Assembly (NCBI GenBank): GCA_964234715.1
Contig: OZ174275.1
DNA from: Podarcis melisellensis
Taxonomy: Eukaryota
Strand: one strand, 5' to 3'
Length of the DNA: 64,000 bases
The position numbers and the translations under genes are program-made. The notes beneath the pieces were generated by a model. It ran no database searches, was not told where the DNA came from, and saw only the letters and a program-made list of their open reading frames with translations. Positions 1 to 46,495 of this stretch are shown piece by piece (within the stretch, counting starts at the first letter, position 1; the number at the start of each line of letters is the position of its first letter).

Positions 1-8
1 CTTCTTAC

Positions 9-34321
<34,313 letters not shown>

Positions 34322-35035
34322 CTGAAACAAAAACAGGTTGCACAGGGAAAGCTATTAGCAAAATTCAGACAAAGTGCCACTGTTCCCTCAGGGCCAGACA
34401 GAGCTCTGATGATGGAAATTCCCCAGAACAAAAACGCTGGCTTAAGTCAAGGAACTGAATTGGCTTTAAAATGGATATTTGAAGAAGGAAGTGGCATCAG
34501 ATTCAGATCTGAAGAATGGGGTATTGTTCCAGAAACATCAGCTGGAGGCCAAGAGATGGACAACGGAAGAATGGACACCAGAAGTAGAGGGCACAAAAGA
34601 TGGATGGAGGAACCATTTTATTCAGTAGGGCTCAGAAATGGCTAAGGGATTTGAGTCAAATTAGAGGAACAATTGTTTAGGAAGGGGATAATCAAAAAAA
34701 GTATTACTTTTGAACTTTTATAGTATTTCAGAATCACCCATATCATAGAAGACATTTTAGTCAAAGTTACTTTAATGAACAAACAGCAGTACTGTAATGA
34801 TAATTTAGACAGAGTGACCTTTTCTGGGTGTAACACTTTACAAAAGACCTGGCTGAGACTCAATCTACTGTCTCTCTCCCTCCCCTTTCTACCTCCAATG
34901 TGGCTGTAGCCTCAGTTTAGTGTTAAACATAGTGGACAAACTATGGTTAGTCTTAACTATAGTTTACTGAAGCAAGTCAACTTCAAACCTTTGTTTATGA
35001 AGCTGTCCTGTTTCTGTGAAACATAATTAAGATTA

Positions 35036-35221
35036 CAGATAGGTAGCCGTGTTGGTCTGCCATAGTCAAAACAAAAAAAATTCCTTCCAGTAGCACCTTA
35101 AAGACCAACTAAGTTAGTTCTTGGTATGAGCTTTCGAAGAAGTGTGCATGCACACGAAAGCTCATACCAAGAACTAACTTAGTTGGTCTTTAAGGTGCTA
35201 CTGGAAGGATTTTTTTTTGTT
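35036..35221. mobile_element. Penelope-like retroelement terminal remnant with inverted duplication (hairpin)
   Basis: GGTAGCCGTGTTGGTC...CCAGTAGCACCTTAAAGACCAAC end sequence resembling squamate PLE termini; perfect 55-bp inverted repeat; 13-bp flanking direct repeat ATAATTAAGATTA. Confidence 0.75.
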
Positions 35222-36903
35222 ATAATTAAGATTAATCACAATTTAGGGCTCAGATATTCTGTTAAACCATGGATATCTAGAAATGAATGGAAGCAAAAGT
35301 TTTTGAATTTGTCCTTGTGTTTGTGCAGAGGAAAGGAGCCCAAATCCAAAACTCATGCACAGAACAATGAAGAGTAATTTAAAATAAAAGTGTCTAATAC
35401 ATACAATAAACAACTTGGGTAAACATACCGGTACATAACCAAAAGAACAACCCCAGTAAGGGGAGGGGGAGCAGTAAATGAATGAATAGGCATAGACCAT
35501 AACAACTGGCTTGTCTCTAGAAAGAGTCACAAACTGTTAGGATTACTTAGTTGTCATTTAGTCCTGGTAAAAAAAAAAAGTTTCTTCCTAGAGATTAATA
35601 GTCTTAATAAGAACCATTGCATTTACTGAGGAGAAAGAGAAAATTCCAGTGATACTTATTGCCTGTGACCCTGAAGACCAAACTAGACGAGACTATGGAT
35701 ATCCTTCATCAAATCTCCCATCTCTTTTGCAATTTTTGAAAATAGCAAGGGGTCAATAGATTGGGACTATGCTGCTGGGAAAGGGGGGTTAACTGTCCCC
35801 TCATTCTTCCCAATAAAAATTGCCCTCCTCCCAAGCTGCTATTTGCTTCATGAGGGGAAATGTTTGCATGCCTGCTGTGAAGTTACCTGTCTGGTTTGCC
35901 TGTGGGAGGCAGCACTCGGGCAGCTCACTACACCATTCCCATGCCACAGCTGGGTTCAAATGCTATTACAAAAGCCTTGGTCCTACCAGTTTTTCATCTA
36001 CAGAACACAGTATTTCCCATCAGCACCACTTTTCTTGCTGTGCCTCTTTGGAACAGACTATCAGCTCTTCCTCATTACTCCACTACCATATCCCTTTTCA
36101 GCTGCATACCCATCATACCCCACCACAAGAATTCTGGGAACTGTAGTTTACCCTCATAGAGCTACAATTCCCAGCTCCCTTACAGCTTCCAGGATTCTTT
36201 TGAGTGCGGTGATATAAGCTTTATCCTGTCTTGTTTAGAGAATGACTGGACTTTCTTTCAGGAAGTTCCCTCTTTCTCTTCTCTTGCACTGAAAAATGGA
36301 TTGGGTTTGTTGATAAAAATAAACCTCCCGCTTTATCTTTTTCTCCAGGAGTCTGAAGCTTTGTGCACAATTCCTAAGTGCCAAAGGCATTATCAAGAAA
36401 AAGGGAGGGAGTCCTTCGCCCACAGCTCAGATAATGAAGAGACAACCTTTTCCTGAATGGCTCAATCACATTAGATTAGAATGAGAAGTCCCTCGCTCAC
36501 CAGACAAGCGTGCGCACACAGTCAAAGGCGTCTCTCACTCCCCACTCCTTAACAGCATTCTGGGTAAAGGTTAGTCAACCAACCAACCAAAAAGAAAAAG
36601 GGGGAAAGGAGGGGAGGAAAACAGGGGGCTTCAACCTATCAGAATTTTACCCTGCGAAAATCCCTTTCATACCAAGACAAGCAAATCAGCAGAAATAAAT
36701 CCAGTGAGGAATTTTGCCAAAAGGGTTGGTTGGTGGGTAGGTGGAAGGGGGGAGAAAAATTAGAGGCACTTTTTCCCTTGGTCATACAAACTGAGCAAAG
36801 GTAGGCCAGAGACACAATTTCATAATAAAGCATACAACCTTTGATTTGCCACACCAGAGAGAAATCACATGAGATAGTCTACTACTGTACAGCACTCTAA
36901 GTA

Positions 36904-37050
36904 CCGTATTTTTCCATCTATAAGACGCCCCCATGTATAAGACGCCTCCTATTTGGGGGGACAGATTTAAGAAAAGGGGGGGAGACGCCCCCTATTTTTT
37001 GAAATTATTTTTTAGGGAGAAAACCTAGTCTTATACATGGAAGAATACGG
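36904..37050. mobile_element. Tc2/pogo-type MITE
   Basis: TA|CCGTATTTTTCCATCTATAAGAC ... GTCTTATACATGGAAGAATACGG|TA; internal AGACGCC repeats. Confidence 0.85.
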
Positions 37051-37277
37051 TATCCACTTATCCCATTCAGTACAGTTGGAATTCTTGGGTGAAGATCATC
37101 TGATTCTTAGGAGTTACAGCGCAAGCCTATCAGTGTCCCCAGACTCAGAGCTTTCATTCAGAAAAAGGAGCAAGTCTCCAGCCCTTCTAGAGAGAAGGCC
37201 ATAAATGCTCAACTAATAGCAAACGGAAATTTACTACACATATGCAAAATTGGGAACTTTAAGCCTTTGATGAAATA

Positions 37278-37518
37278 CAGTGGTACCTTGGTTTACGAAC
37301 TTAATCCATTCCGGAAGTCCATTCTTAAACTGAAACCGTTCTTAAACTGAGGCACACTTTCCCTAATGAGGCCTCCCGCCGCCGGTGTCTTTCCACCATT
37401 TCAGTTTCTGTTCTTAGACTGAAGTAAAGTTCGCAAACCGGGACACTACTTCGGGTTTTGTGGAGTTCGTAAACCGAATAGTTTGCAACAGGGCTGTTCT
37501 TAAACCGAGGTGCCACTG
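37278..37518. mobile_element. Tigger-like MITE, family D (related to family A)
   Basis: TA|CAGTGGTACCTTGGTTTA ... TAAACCGAGGTGCCACTG|TA; about 241 bp. Confidence 0.88.
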
Positions 37519-38519
37519 TACCAGCAAAACTGCTGGACCCCAAAAGATAATGAACTAAAGAAACTGCCAACTCACAAAATGGTTGTGAGATTATGTATTT
37601 GTTGGTATAATGTTCACCAAAGACATCCATGCTTAAGTCTGGGGAAAATAAATGATGAAATCATTTCATATGGGGACTAGAACAATATGGCATTGTATTT
37701 GTGTCTTAAAAGTTTTCATTACGTATGAAAAAAAACTGTAGCAAGTAACAGCTCTATGGACTGGAATATTTTAAATAATAAAGTTTCCTTTATTTATATT
37801 CTTAGTTACATGTTTATAAAGTGCATAAATATTATAGTAGGCATCAAATCATCCAAATATGAAGTATCATAACATACAGCATACTGTTGTTATTTATGCA
37901 TGTCTTCAGTGTCTATGATGCTGTGGCAAATAGGGCAAATAGACAAGTCCCCGTCCCAAAATGAGTTGGACCTAAAAGCACAAAATAAGTCTTTTTAAGT
38001 AAACCATTAAATAATCAGAAAGAGTCTGAAATGTTGTAATTTGGGGAGGTAAAATGAAAGCCCTTATCTGCTAGTCATCAACAGTGTTCTTCCAGGATAC
38101 TTTTTTTTAGCCGAGCAGTTACATCTGACCCAGGGGTCAATTCAGTGTTTAATAAAGATGTTTGTACATTAACCTCAATGGAGGAAAAGCTGTAGAAAAA
38201 TGCGAGCAGAACTAAACTCAATGGGTAGAATTCAACATCACGTTATTATGACGTCTTGTCTGCACAAGCATATCAGCTTGCCAGATGGAACAATTTCCAC
38301 CCTCCCCTCACCCCTTCTAGGGGCTCCTCTGAACCCCTTAGGCCAATTTGGGGGGTCGTGAGGGGAGGAAAAAGGGAAAGCCCCATAGTGCAAGAAGAAG
38401 CCCTTGTGCAGGGCTTCCGCTGAAGGGGTTTGTTATGTGAATCCTGCCCAAAGGGACATAATATCCCCTAATTATGTAACTGTTACATTCATGTAGTGCA
38501 GTATTTAGTATGTTGGAAT

Positions 38520-38712
38520 GCTTGGCCATGAAATCCCTGCTCAGCCATGAAACTCGCTGGGTGACTTTGGGCCAGGAGCAAGTCTCTCAGCCAAACCTGC
38601 CTCACAAGGTTGTTGCAAGGATAAAATGGGGAAGGAGAGAACCATGCACACCTTACCTTGAGCTCCTTGGGGGAGGAGGGAAGGTGGGGTATAAATGAAA
38701 CAAATAAATAAA
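38520..38712 (+). mobile_element. Squamate SINE with (TAAA)n tail (Squam3-like)
   Basis: CTCAGCCATGAAACTCGCTGGGTGACTTTGGGCCAG...CTCTCAGCC...CCTCACAAGGTTGTTG...GGATAAAATGG...AATAAATAAA; related copies at 20853, 43118 and 51095. Confidence 0.72.
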
Positions 38713-39419
38713 TTTATACAGCAATAATGGAGCCTTGCTTTGTGATGCTATGGTTGGAAACAAAAATGACTGACTAAATTCAGCATACACACATTTTTTA
38801 AAAATGTGTTGATATGAACAGAAAGCTTATGAAAGGCTCAGTGAGAAAAATCATTTGTAGGGACAGGGGGAATGATATGATTACAATGCATATCCTTAGA
38901 AGAAAGACACTGGTGCTTTGCATGCTGCCTCCAAAGAGTTCTGTGTGCATCGGGAGAGATCCTGATGCTGGCTGCTGCTCCCTCAAGCCGTTTGTGTCAG
39001 GCATGACTGTTCCACAGTGTTACCTTTCTGGCTTTGGTGGCAGGTCAGCTCCTACCTTCTGGCCACCTTGCCTTGAAGGTCACTTTCATGAACACTTAAT
39101 GGAGATGCAAGCAAAGGTGAGATAAGCAACCAGACGGGGAAGGTGTGTCAACTGGGTAGCTTAGGGGAGTTACAACAGAACTGATAAGCAACCCTGAAAA
39201 AGAGTGCCGACTCCTGTTAAGTGGTTGCGAGTGAGTTGATGAGGGGACTGTTGTTCTTTTCTTGCTAAAAATAAGCAAATCCTCCACAGGGCTTTTCTCA
39301 GCTTTAGGCTAGAGGCACTTGAGCCAGCTACCCAGCTTTGGTGACATGCCAGTTCTGTTGGAGCAGCATGCTCTGTATCCATCCCAGAGTAGTTTTTAAA
39401 AAATACTCATCTCTTACAA

Positions 39420-40040
39420 ACTTAATGCAACAAAGACAACGGACTCCCATCTTGTGTTCTTCCCCCTGAACCACCTCAAATAGTGGGAATCGCTTCCCCC
39501 AACCTGTTCGTGGTTTGCCTTTTCACAAGCCCCCTCTTATGTCTGTCCATCCATCTCTTTGGGAGCAAAAAGTATCTCTGGAATGTCTGCAGCCGAGTGC
39601 GAGCTCTTAAGAGCATCTTGTTGCTCGAAACTTCTATTCAGTAAAGACTTGTTACCAAAAGCCAGCTTAGGTGATTAATTATAAGCTAATGCTGCTCTTT
39701 GGAGTCACGAGCTCCTAACAACATTAAACAATGCCCCTTTGCCCCCTTCCCTTTCTAACGAGAGATTAGAAGGGAGCAGAAAGCTTCAGAGGAACACAAA
39801 CGCACTCGAAACTCCCCAAATGGGAGAGATCCTTTCTTCCCAGTTCCAATAAGACAGACATGGAATAGAAAATGCACTCGGTCAGCGCTCATCTTCCCCA
39901 AGCAAAAACTTCCAAGTGCTAACCCTGTCAGAGCCCTTTGTTACCTATGGTGCGTGGTTCAAGCTGCTCTTTACTAGTCTCTTCCTAAGCTCCAGTCCAA
40001 AGGCCCACAAGCCTGGCATTTGAACTTTGGTGCCAGGTGA
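39420..40040. promoter_or_regulatory. Candidate intron-1 enhancer with an inverted SOX site pair
   Basis: Non-repetitive segment with about a dozen CpGs in ~520 bp; AACAATG-CCC-CTTTGC at 39727-39742. Confidence 0.35.
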
Positions 40041-42193
40041 AAATAGAAGTCACTTTATGAGGAAGAAGCAGACTGAGGCAGCAAACGGGAAGAACAACAA
40101 GCTTCCTTGTGGCCTGGCAAATGAAAAGCCCTCCTAGGAAATGCCCTAAACCTTCACTTCAAAAGTTACATTTCTTAACACATTATTTTAAGCTGCTTTC
40201 CCCCCCAGTGTGCCACACAAACCTATCATTTTATTCCTTTTCACAATTTCAGTGCTGTTCCTCAGTGACAGTTCCGACAATATTATACCTTCTACTGCAA
40301 AGCTGCAATGTGCCTTTCAAATATAACATAGTTATTAGCAGAAACAATAAACATCCTTCAGAAATGCAGCTTGGATATATTGTTATTTATAGAACTTAAT
40401 AACTTTCCTTTGTTGTCAATCTTCAGCACTTAACAGGCAAAACAAAACAATTTTGGTAGAGTGTACCTTAGGCCTTGCTTTGCACATAATATAATGATTT
40501 GGTATTATGTACACAATCTTCAGGGCCAAGCCTGCCTTCCCCTTCATCCTCCATTTTGGTTACAAGGAAGAAACTATTGCTTCACTTTCAGCTAGATGAT
40601 GTTACTCAATATGTCCAACCTGGACAAACTGTGATTAGTTATACTACAAAGTTTAGGCCCCTAGAAAACAAGCCACTTTCAAACTGTGGTTTCTGATACC
40701 CGTTTGTTTCCTTAAAACAGATTTCTCCTCCAACTTGTATCCACCAGCTGGTTTAGACTACAACTCCAAAAACCAGCTGGAGGGCACCAAGTTAGGGAAG
40801 ACTACCCTAAACAATAATTAGCACTAACCACAATTCCTGGTTGAGATAAAACGAGTAAGTGAAAGTGAAAGTTTCCGGTCTCCTCTCACTGATGCACCAA
40901 AGGGAAAGAGGGGAAGCAAAACCTGTGAGCCCAATGATGACCCACCAAACTGTGGCACCAAACTGTGGCTCAGTATTACATTCAGACACAGCTGTTATAA
41001 GGGCTGTTATAAACCCAGAATTTAAATAAAGATAGTATTTTACATAGGGAGCTGAAAGACACAAACACATACCATTTTCTGGGAGCCATACAAAATTCAC
41101 TCCATTTACCAGCTGTCCTGGCTGTGGCAGCAGTCATGCTTCTCGGTGCTGCTGGGCTCCATTTTCTCTTTTAATTTCACCCACAACTCACTAGAGGGAG
41201 AGCAGGAAGAATAACCCTTGCTCTGATTTGGCTTTAGATGGCACCACATATCCAAATATCTGTTCTGAGTGGAATAAGTTCACATGAGAACATTCAGGTC
41301 AGCCTTAAACTTCACCTATCTAACAGGTACATCTGGAAGCTATATCCCAATATTAGGTACAAATTAAGTACAGTATATACCAGCAGCTGGCTTACATAGT
41401 GAGAACATGAGTATTTTACCAATATTATTGACTCTGTTTAGTGAGGGGGCTGTGGCCTTTCTCTTTTACTTAAAGAATCCAACCTCAAGACTGGACTGAG
41501 GTATTCCACCTTGTGTTGAGATGCTCCTGAAGACTATTGCCAAATGGCTTAGGCTTCAGTTACTCTAGGTATTGGCTCTTTTCCTACCTCCTTTTACAAT
41601 CTCAAAGCAGTCTCCTCATATGTCACCTATGTGGCAAACTAGACTAGCAATGATATCAAGGGAAGAATTTATTAGTAGTGCCTCCCAGCTACTTTGAAAG
41701 AATCTTTCTCCAGAAAGCCAATATAGACTCCATATTTTCTAGAAGTGCTAAAGACCTTTCCGCTTAGACCAGAGTAGCCAAGGTGAACCACAAATCCTAT
41801 CATCCCAGACCACTGGACACACTAGTTGGAGCAGATGGGAGTTGGAATCCAACAACATCCGGAGGGCACCATGTTGGCTGCCCCTGATGCAGACAATCAT
41901 TTAGCAATCAAAGAATAAAGAGAAAGTTCTTTTAATTGTCGCATCCTTATCATTTCGAAGTTCTGCATGCCCGATTTGAAACGTCACAATGAGCCAGAGG
42001 TTTATTGGGTGCACGCTGCCTTGTGACTCCTGTTTGAATCTCCCCCGGTTTCCTGTTACAGTCAAACCCACAATGGTGTTTTGTTTTCTCCCACAGAGTC
42101 CTCAAGCAAGTCAACAACAAATCATAGCTTCGGGCTGGCTAGCAATTGTGGCTTGTTTGGGAGGACCAAACCAAAACTCCAGATTTGGTTATA

Positions 42194-42341
42194 CAGTGGT
42201 ACCTCTGGCTACGAACGGGATCTGTTCCGGAACCCCGTTCACATCCTGAAGCGAACGCAACCCGCGTCTGCATGTGCACGTGCCACAATTCGCCGCTTCT
42301 GTGCATGCACGGGACGTCATTTTGAGCGTCTGCGCATGCGT
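42194..42341. mobile_element. Truncated Tigger-like MITE, family B
   Basis: TA|CAGTGGTACCTCT followed by sequence alignable to 18387-18535; right end missing. Confidence 0.8.
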
Positions 42342-43117
42342 TGAACAGCTTAACTGCCATTTCCTGGTTTGCTTCTCCTGCTCATGCCAAAAGTGGAGAA
42401 ACAGGAGTGATTGGGCAGCAGCTCACTGCTCGATCCCAATAAACTACCATAAGCCAAAGTTTCCGGCTTATTGTGACATTTGAATGTAGCCAGTGTTTAA
42501 CGAGCCCCAATGTTTCCAAACCTCAATGAAATCCCCTTTTCGACATTTCTCTACAAAACGTTGAATCAGATAGCAACAAACCAAGCGGCAGAACATCCTC
42601 ACCTACATATTAGCAAGCAAATATGTACAGGCTGCTCTTGCACCATCTTTCAGTCAACTCACATCCGTGGAACCCCAACAGACATATCCAAGTGCATATA
42701 TAATGCACATCTGGTGGGACTATCGGAGGATTATGAGCTTTCGGAAAGAGGCTTTTTGTTGTCTCAGGCACAGTAAGTCACGTTCTCTCTTTCACTACAT
42801 CTTTTGGGACTGATGAAAGAGAGAGTAAAACCTACTCGCTGCCAACTACTTGAGAATGTTAATTACAGCTAGAGCAACATTAAAATTGGAAAATAGTTCA
42901 GAATCATGTGGAATGCTGCATATATGAAAAAAAAATCTAGTTACATATGCATTTTCTTGAAGCAACTAGATTACCGGTAAACTTGAGTATCCTTTCATTA
43001 GGTATTAAAAAAGTAGGCATGGGGGATCTAAATTATGCACAATTGCATGTTTAAACCTCATTCAGATCAGTGGATAGAGTGAGTTTGTGGTTTAGTATCT
43101 CCCATTAAAATCACTGA

Positions 43118-43285
43118 GTGTCAGACTACGACCTGGGAGACCAGGGTTCAAATCCCCACTCAGTCATGAATCTCAGTGGGCCAGTCACTATCTCTCAGCC
43201 TAACCTATCTCGCAGCATTGTGGTGGGGATTAACTGAGGAGGTGGAATACAACCTTGAGGAAAAGGTGGTATGTAAATGAAACAA
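43118..43285 (+). mobile_element. Squam3-like SINE
   Basis: GACCTGGGAGACCAGGGTTCAAATCCCCACTCAGTCATGAA...CTCTCAGCCTAACCTA. Confidence 0.72.
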
Positions 43286-43489
43286 ACAAATATATAATAT
43301 CAAACATGTTCTCTTTGTTCTTTTCTTCTGAGACAGAACTCTCATTTCTTGTCCCTGTTTGCATTTTTTAAAAAATAGATAAAGAAACACTCCGAAAATG
43401 TTGGGGGAGGATCTCGTTTAAGTTTAAACATCAGAACTAGTTGCTTGGCAGTTAAACCTTCCTCATAAAGTCAGACGATTCAAACAGAT

Positions 43490-43640
43490 AATAGAATAAT
43501 TGACTTGTAGAGTTGGAAGGGTCCACCAGGGTCATCTAGTCCAACCCCCTGCAATGCAAAAATTGTTCGCCCAAAGTAGGGCTTGAACCCATGACCCTGA
43601 GATTAAGAGTCTCATGCTCTACCAACTGAGCTATCCCAGC
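43490..43640 (-). mobile_element. tRNA-Lys-derived SINE with CR1-type 3' tail
   Basis: Head GCTGGGATAGCTCAGTTGGTAGAGCATGAGACTCTTAATCTCAGGGTCATGGGTTCAAGCCC, then GCAGGGGGTTGGACTAGATGACC...CCCTTCCAACTCTA. Confidence 0.88.
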
Positions 43641-44084
43641 TGAATCATATTGGAAACAGGGCAAGAACTGAGAGTTTGGTGTCCACTGCTGATTACCTTG
43701 AAATCTCAAGTCACAACAGTGCCCTCTTTCTTTAACATCCAATACACCTTGCCCCTCCCTAGAGGTCAAGGGTTTTCATCACCACCACCCAGTGCTTTGC
43801 TAAGCTCACAAAGATTGTTTTGAAGAGGCAGCTAGTGCAAATGTCACCTCCATCTACATTGGCTGCCCATTTGCTTCCACAGGTGAATCAAGGTGCCAGT
43901 CAGAACAATAAGCAAGCCTTAAACAGCAAGGCTGTACGCCAGTTCCCATATATACAGCCTTGCTTTGGATCCTGTTTCTCATGGGAAATGATATCTCTAG
44001 GTCTCTGGAGCAAGGGGTTTTTGAGCAGGGACACTGCACCTTTGGAGTTATTTCCCTGGGAAAGCCTACTATGCCACTTACAAC

Positions 44085-44230
44085 CATAGAATTGCAGAGT
44101 TGGAAGGGACCTTGGGGATCACCTACTCCAGCCCCCTGCAATGAAGGAAAATGCAGCTCTCTCATATGGGGATCAAACCTGCAACCTTGGCATCATCAGC
44201 ACCATACTCTAACCAACTGAGCTATCCAGG
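44085..44230 (-). mobile_element. tRNA-derived SINE with CR1-type tail (variant subfamily)
   Basis: GGATAGCTCAGTTGGTTAGAG head and CCCTTCCAACTCTG...TTCTATG tail; similar to the copy at 53843. Confidence 0.78.
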
Positions 44231-46254
44231 CTTCATGTTACGGTGCACATTTCCTAGTAACCACGCTTCTGTTCAACCCGGCATTTGAAACCCTGATGGT
44301 TGGCATGAACAGGTGGCAGATTTTATACCTGATGGCTCAAACCTATTTTAGCACTGCTAGTCATGCAGACTTGGTTTTGCATTTTTGTTGTCTTTGTATT
44401 GATTTTAATAGAGTTTTCATGTAAGCCAACTTGCTTGAGATCACTGAGGTGGCTGCTTCTGCCCGCCTCTTGGGCAGGCCAGCACTGCTGATCTTTTCAG
44501 AGCTACCTTTCCCTAACCCTAAACCTTCTGAAGCATTTCCAATTACTCCAATAACCCCTGTGCCCAAACCTCTCACAAACTTCTCATTTGCACTCTCACT
44601 GAGCAGACTGAAAGATAGGCAGCTGCCCAAGGGACTGAACCAGGCATTTACATGCTGAAATCCAGAATTCCCAGTTATCATCCTAAGGTATCCTCAGTTT
44701 CCTCTACTACCAAACTGCAGGAAAGTGTCAGGAAATGGTGCAAATGTTTATTTGGAAGGAGCTGGGGGGAATGAGGCGGGGGAGGGGGGCAGAGAGAGAA
44801 GGGCATTAATTCAAGTACCAGCCTAACAAAAGGAATAGAGCCCTAGAAAAAGTTGAGTCCTTTGAACATGTGAGAATGCCAGGAATTCCACTGTTTGGAC
44901 TGGTTTTCTCTGTCAGTCCTAAATGTCAAAACTTGGCCAGAGTACAAAAAGGAACTTGGGGTGATACAATGGATCGTGTTTATTTGGACTTCTGCCTTGG
45001 GCACACTGGGCAGCTTTGAATGATTTAGTGTCTCCATTCTGTTTGTAAGGTAGGAATATGATGGAGGGCTGCTATGAATACACCGTAACAGTTAATTTGT
45101 TTATTGCATTTTATTTTATTGAATTTGTAGCCCGTCCTTCCTCCCCAAAGGGACACACAACACCACATTGTACAGCATTAGTGCCTTCAGGATAGAAATT
45201 CCTATGGGTTCCCGCCCCTGCAGAGTGGCCCCTGCATCAAACCAGTACTAGGTGACCAGGTCAGGGATGGATTCAATAAATTGCAGAGCAACTGCATTTG
45301 TGATCAGCAAGCTGAAACAAAAACACCACCACCTTTCTACCATCACAGTTTCATTCCAGATCCTACTTCGCAAACTTGACCCTAAGAACCCTGACTTGAG
45401 ATATCCTTCACATGGAGCAAGATCTGTTTCGGCTTTTTAGCAGTTCTCTGCAGATGTTGAAGGTGCTTCAGGTCACTGTATTTACAAAGTGTAGAGATTA
45501 AGAACAGAACGTACATTGCAAGATACGCTGATAGGTATATATGGTATTTCCACTTATAAAACCCCCTCCCTCTCTTCCTCCACCCTGCTTGTATACTTGC
45601 TCTGATGCTCATCTTCTAATCACCTATAATCCTCCCTGGGCCACAAAGTGGGGGAGAGCAAAGGAACTGCCAGAGAGAGAGAGAGAGGGGAGGGGTTTAC
45701 CTTAATTAGAACCAGATGCAAGAACCTGGAGAAGATGACAAGGTCAGCCATTTTAATAGGCTGGTGCACCCCAGCGAGGTGGGGTGGGTGGAGGTGGGGA
45801 AGTAGAGGCCTGAGAAAGCAGAGGGTGAATGGGGAAGAGCCGAATGGAGCAGAGTTACGGCTACGCAGCATGCGAGCTTCCATAATGCAGGGTACTCTTG
45901 GGAGACAGGAAAATTCTGTTCTCTCCTTGATCACATTAAAATCCAGGAAGCACCACCCCACTGGGTTTATGATGTACAACTCCAGGTACACAAAGCTACA
46001 CTAAAAGCAAATGACAAATAAGGGAAAACACATGGGATTGTATTTAAGTGACATGACCCAAACTTATGTTTGCAGATGAGCATTAAAACCCTGAAATAAA
46101 ATGTACCAATGCATCTATTCTGTCCCCCCTCCTTGCCATTTCCACCTCAGAAATCAACACAGACTTTGACTGTTTTGCAACCTGTGATGTGATTCGGGGG
46201 ACTGGGGGGGGGCATGAACTCCAAACAAAATTTCCAACACCAACTCTGAATAAA

Positions 46255-46495
46255 AATAATAGTTGTTATCATTTATATGCCGCCCATCTGATTGGGTTGC
46301 CCCAGCCACTCTGGGCAGCTTCCAGCAAAAAATAAAAACACAATAAAACATCAAACATTAAAAACTTCCCTTCCCTTCTGAGCTGCCTTCAGATGTCTTC
46401 TAAACGTCAAATGAATGTTTATCTGCTTGACATCTGATGGGAGGGCATTCCATAGGGCGGGTTCCTCTGCCTGGTTCCCTGTAACTTCACTTCTC
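46255..46495 (-). mobile_element. LINE (L2/CR1 group) 3' end remnant
   Basis: TTTATATGCCGCCCATCTG..GGGTTGCCCCAGCCACTCTGGGCAGCTTCCA plus GCCTTCAGATGTCTTCTAAA, a squamate LINE 3' end in reverse (recognised from memory). Confidence 0.6.

Noticed and set aside
43568-43640. Apparent tRNA-Lys(CTT) gene on the minus strand
   Set aside because: The acceptor stem is mismatched, there is no oligo-T terminator in the right place, and it runs directly into a CR1-type tail shared with other copies. It is a SINE head.
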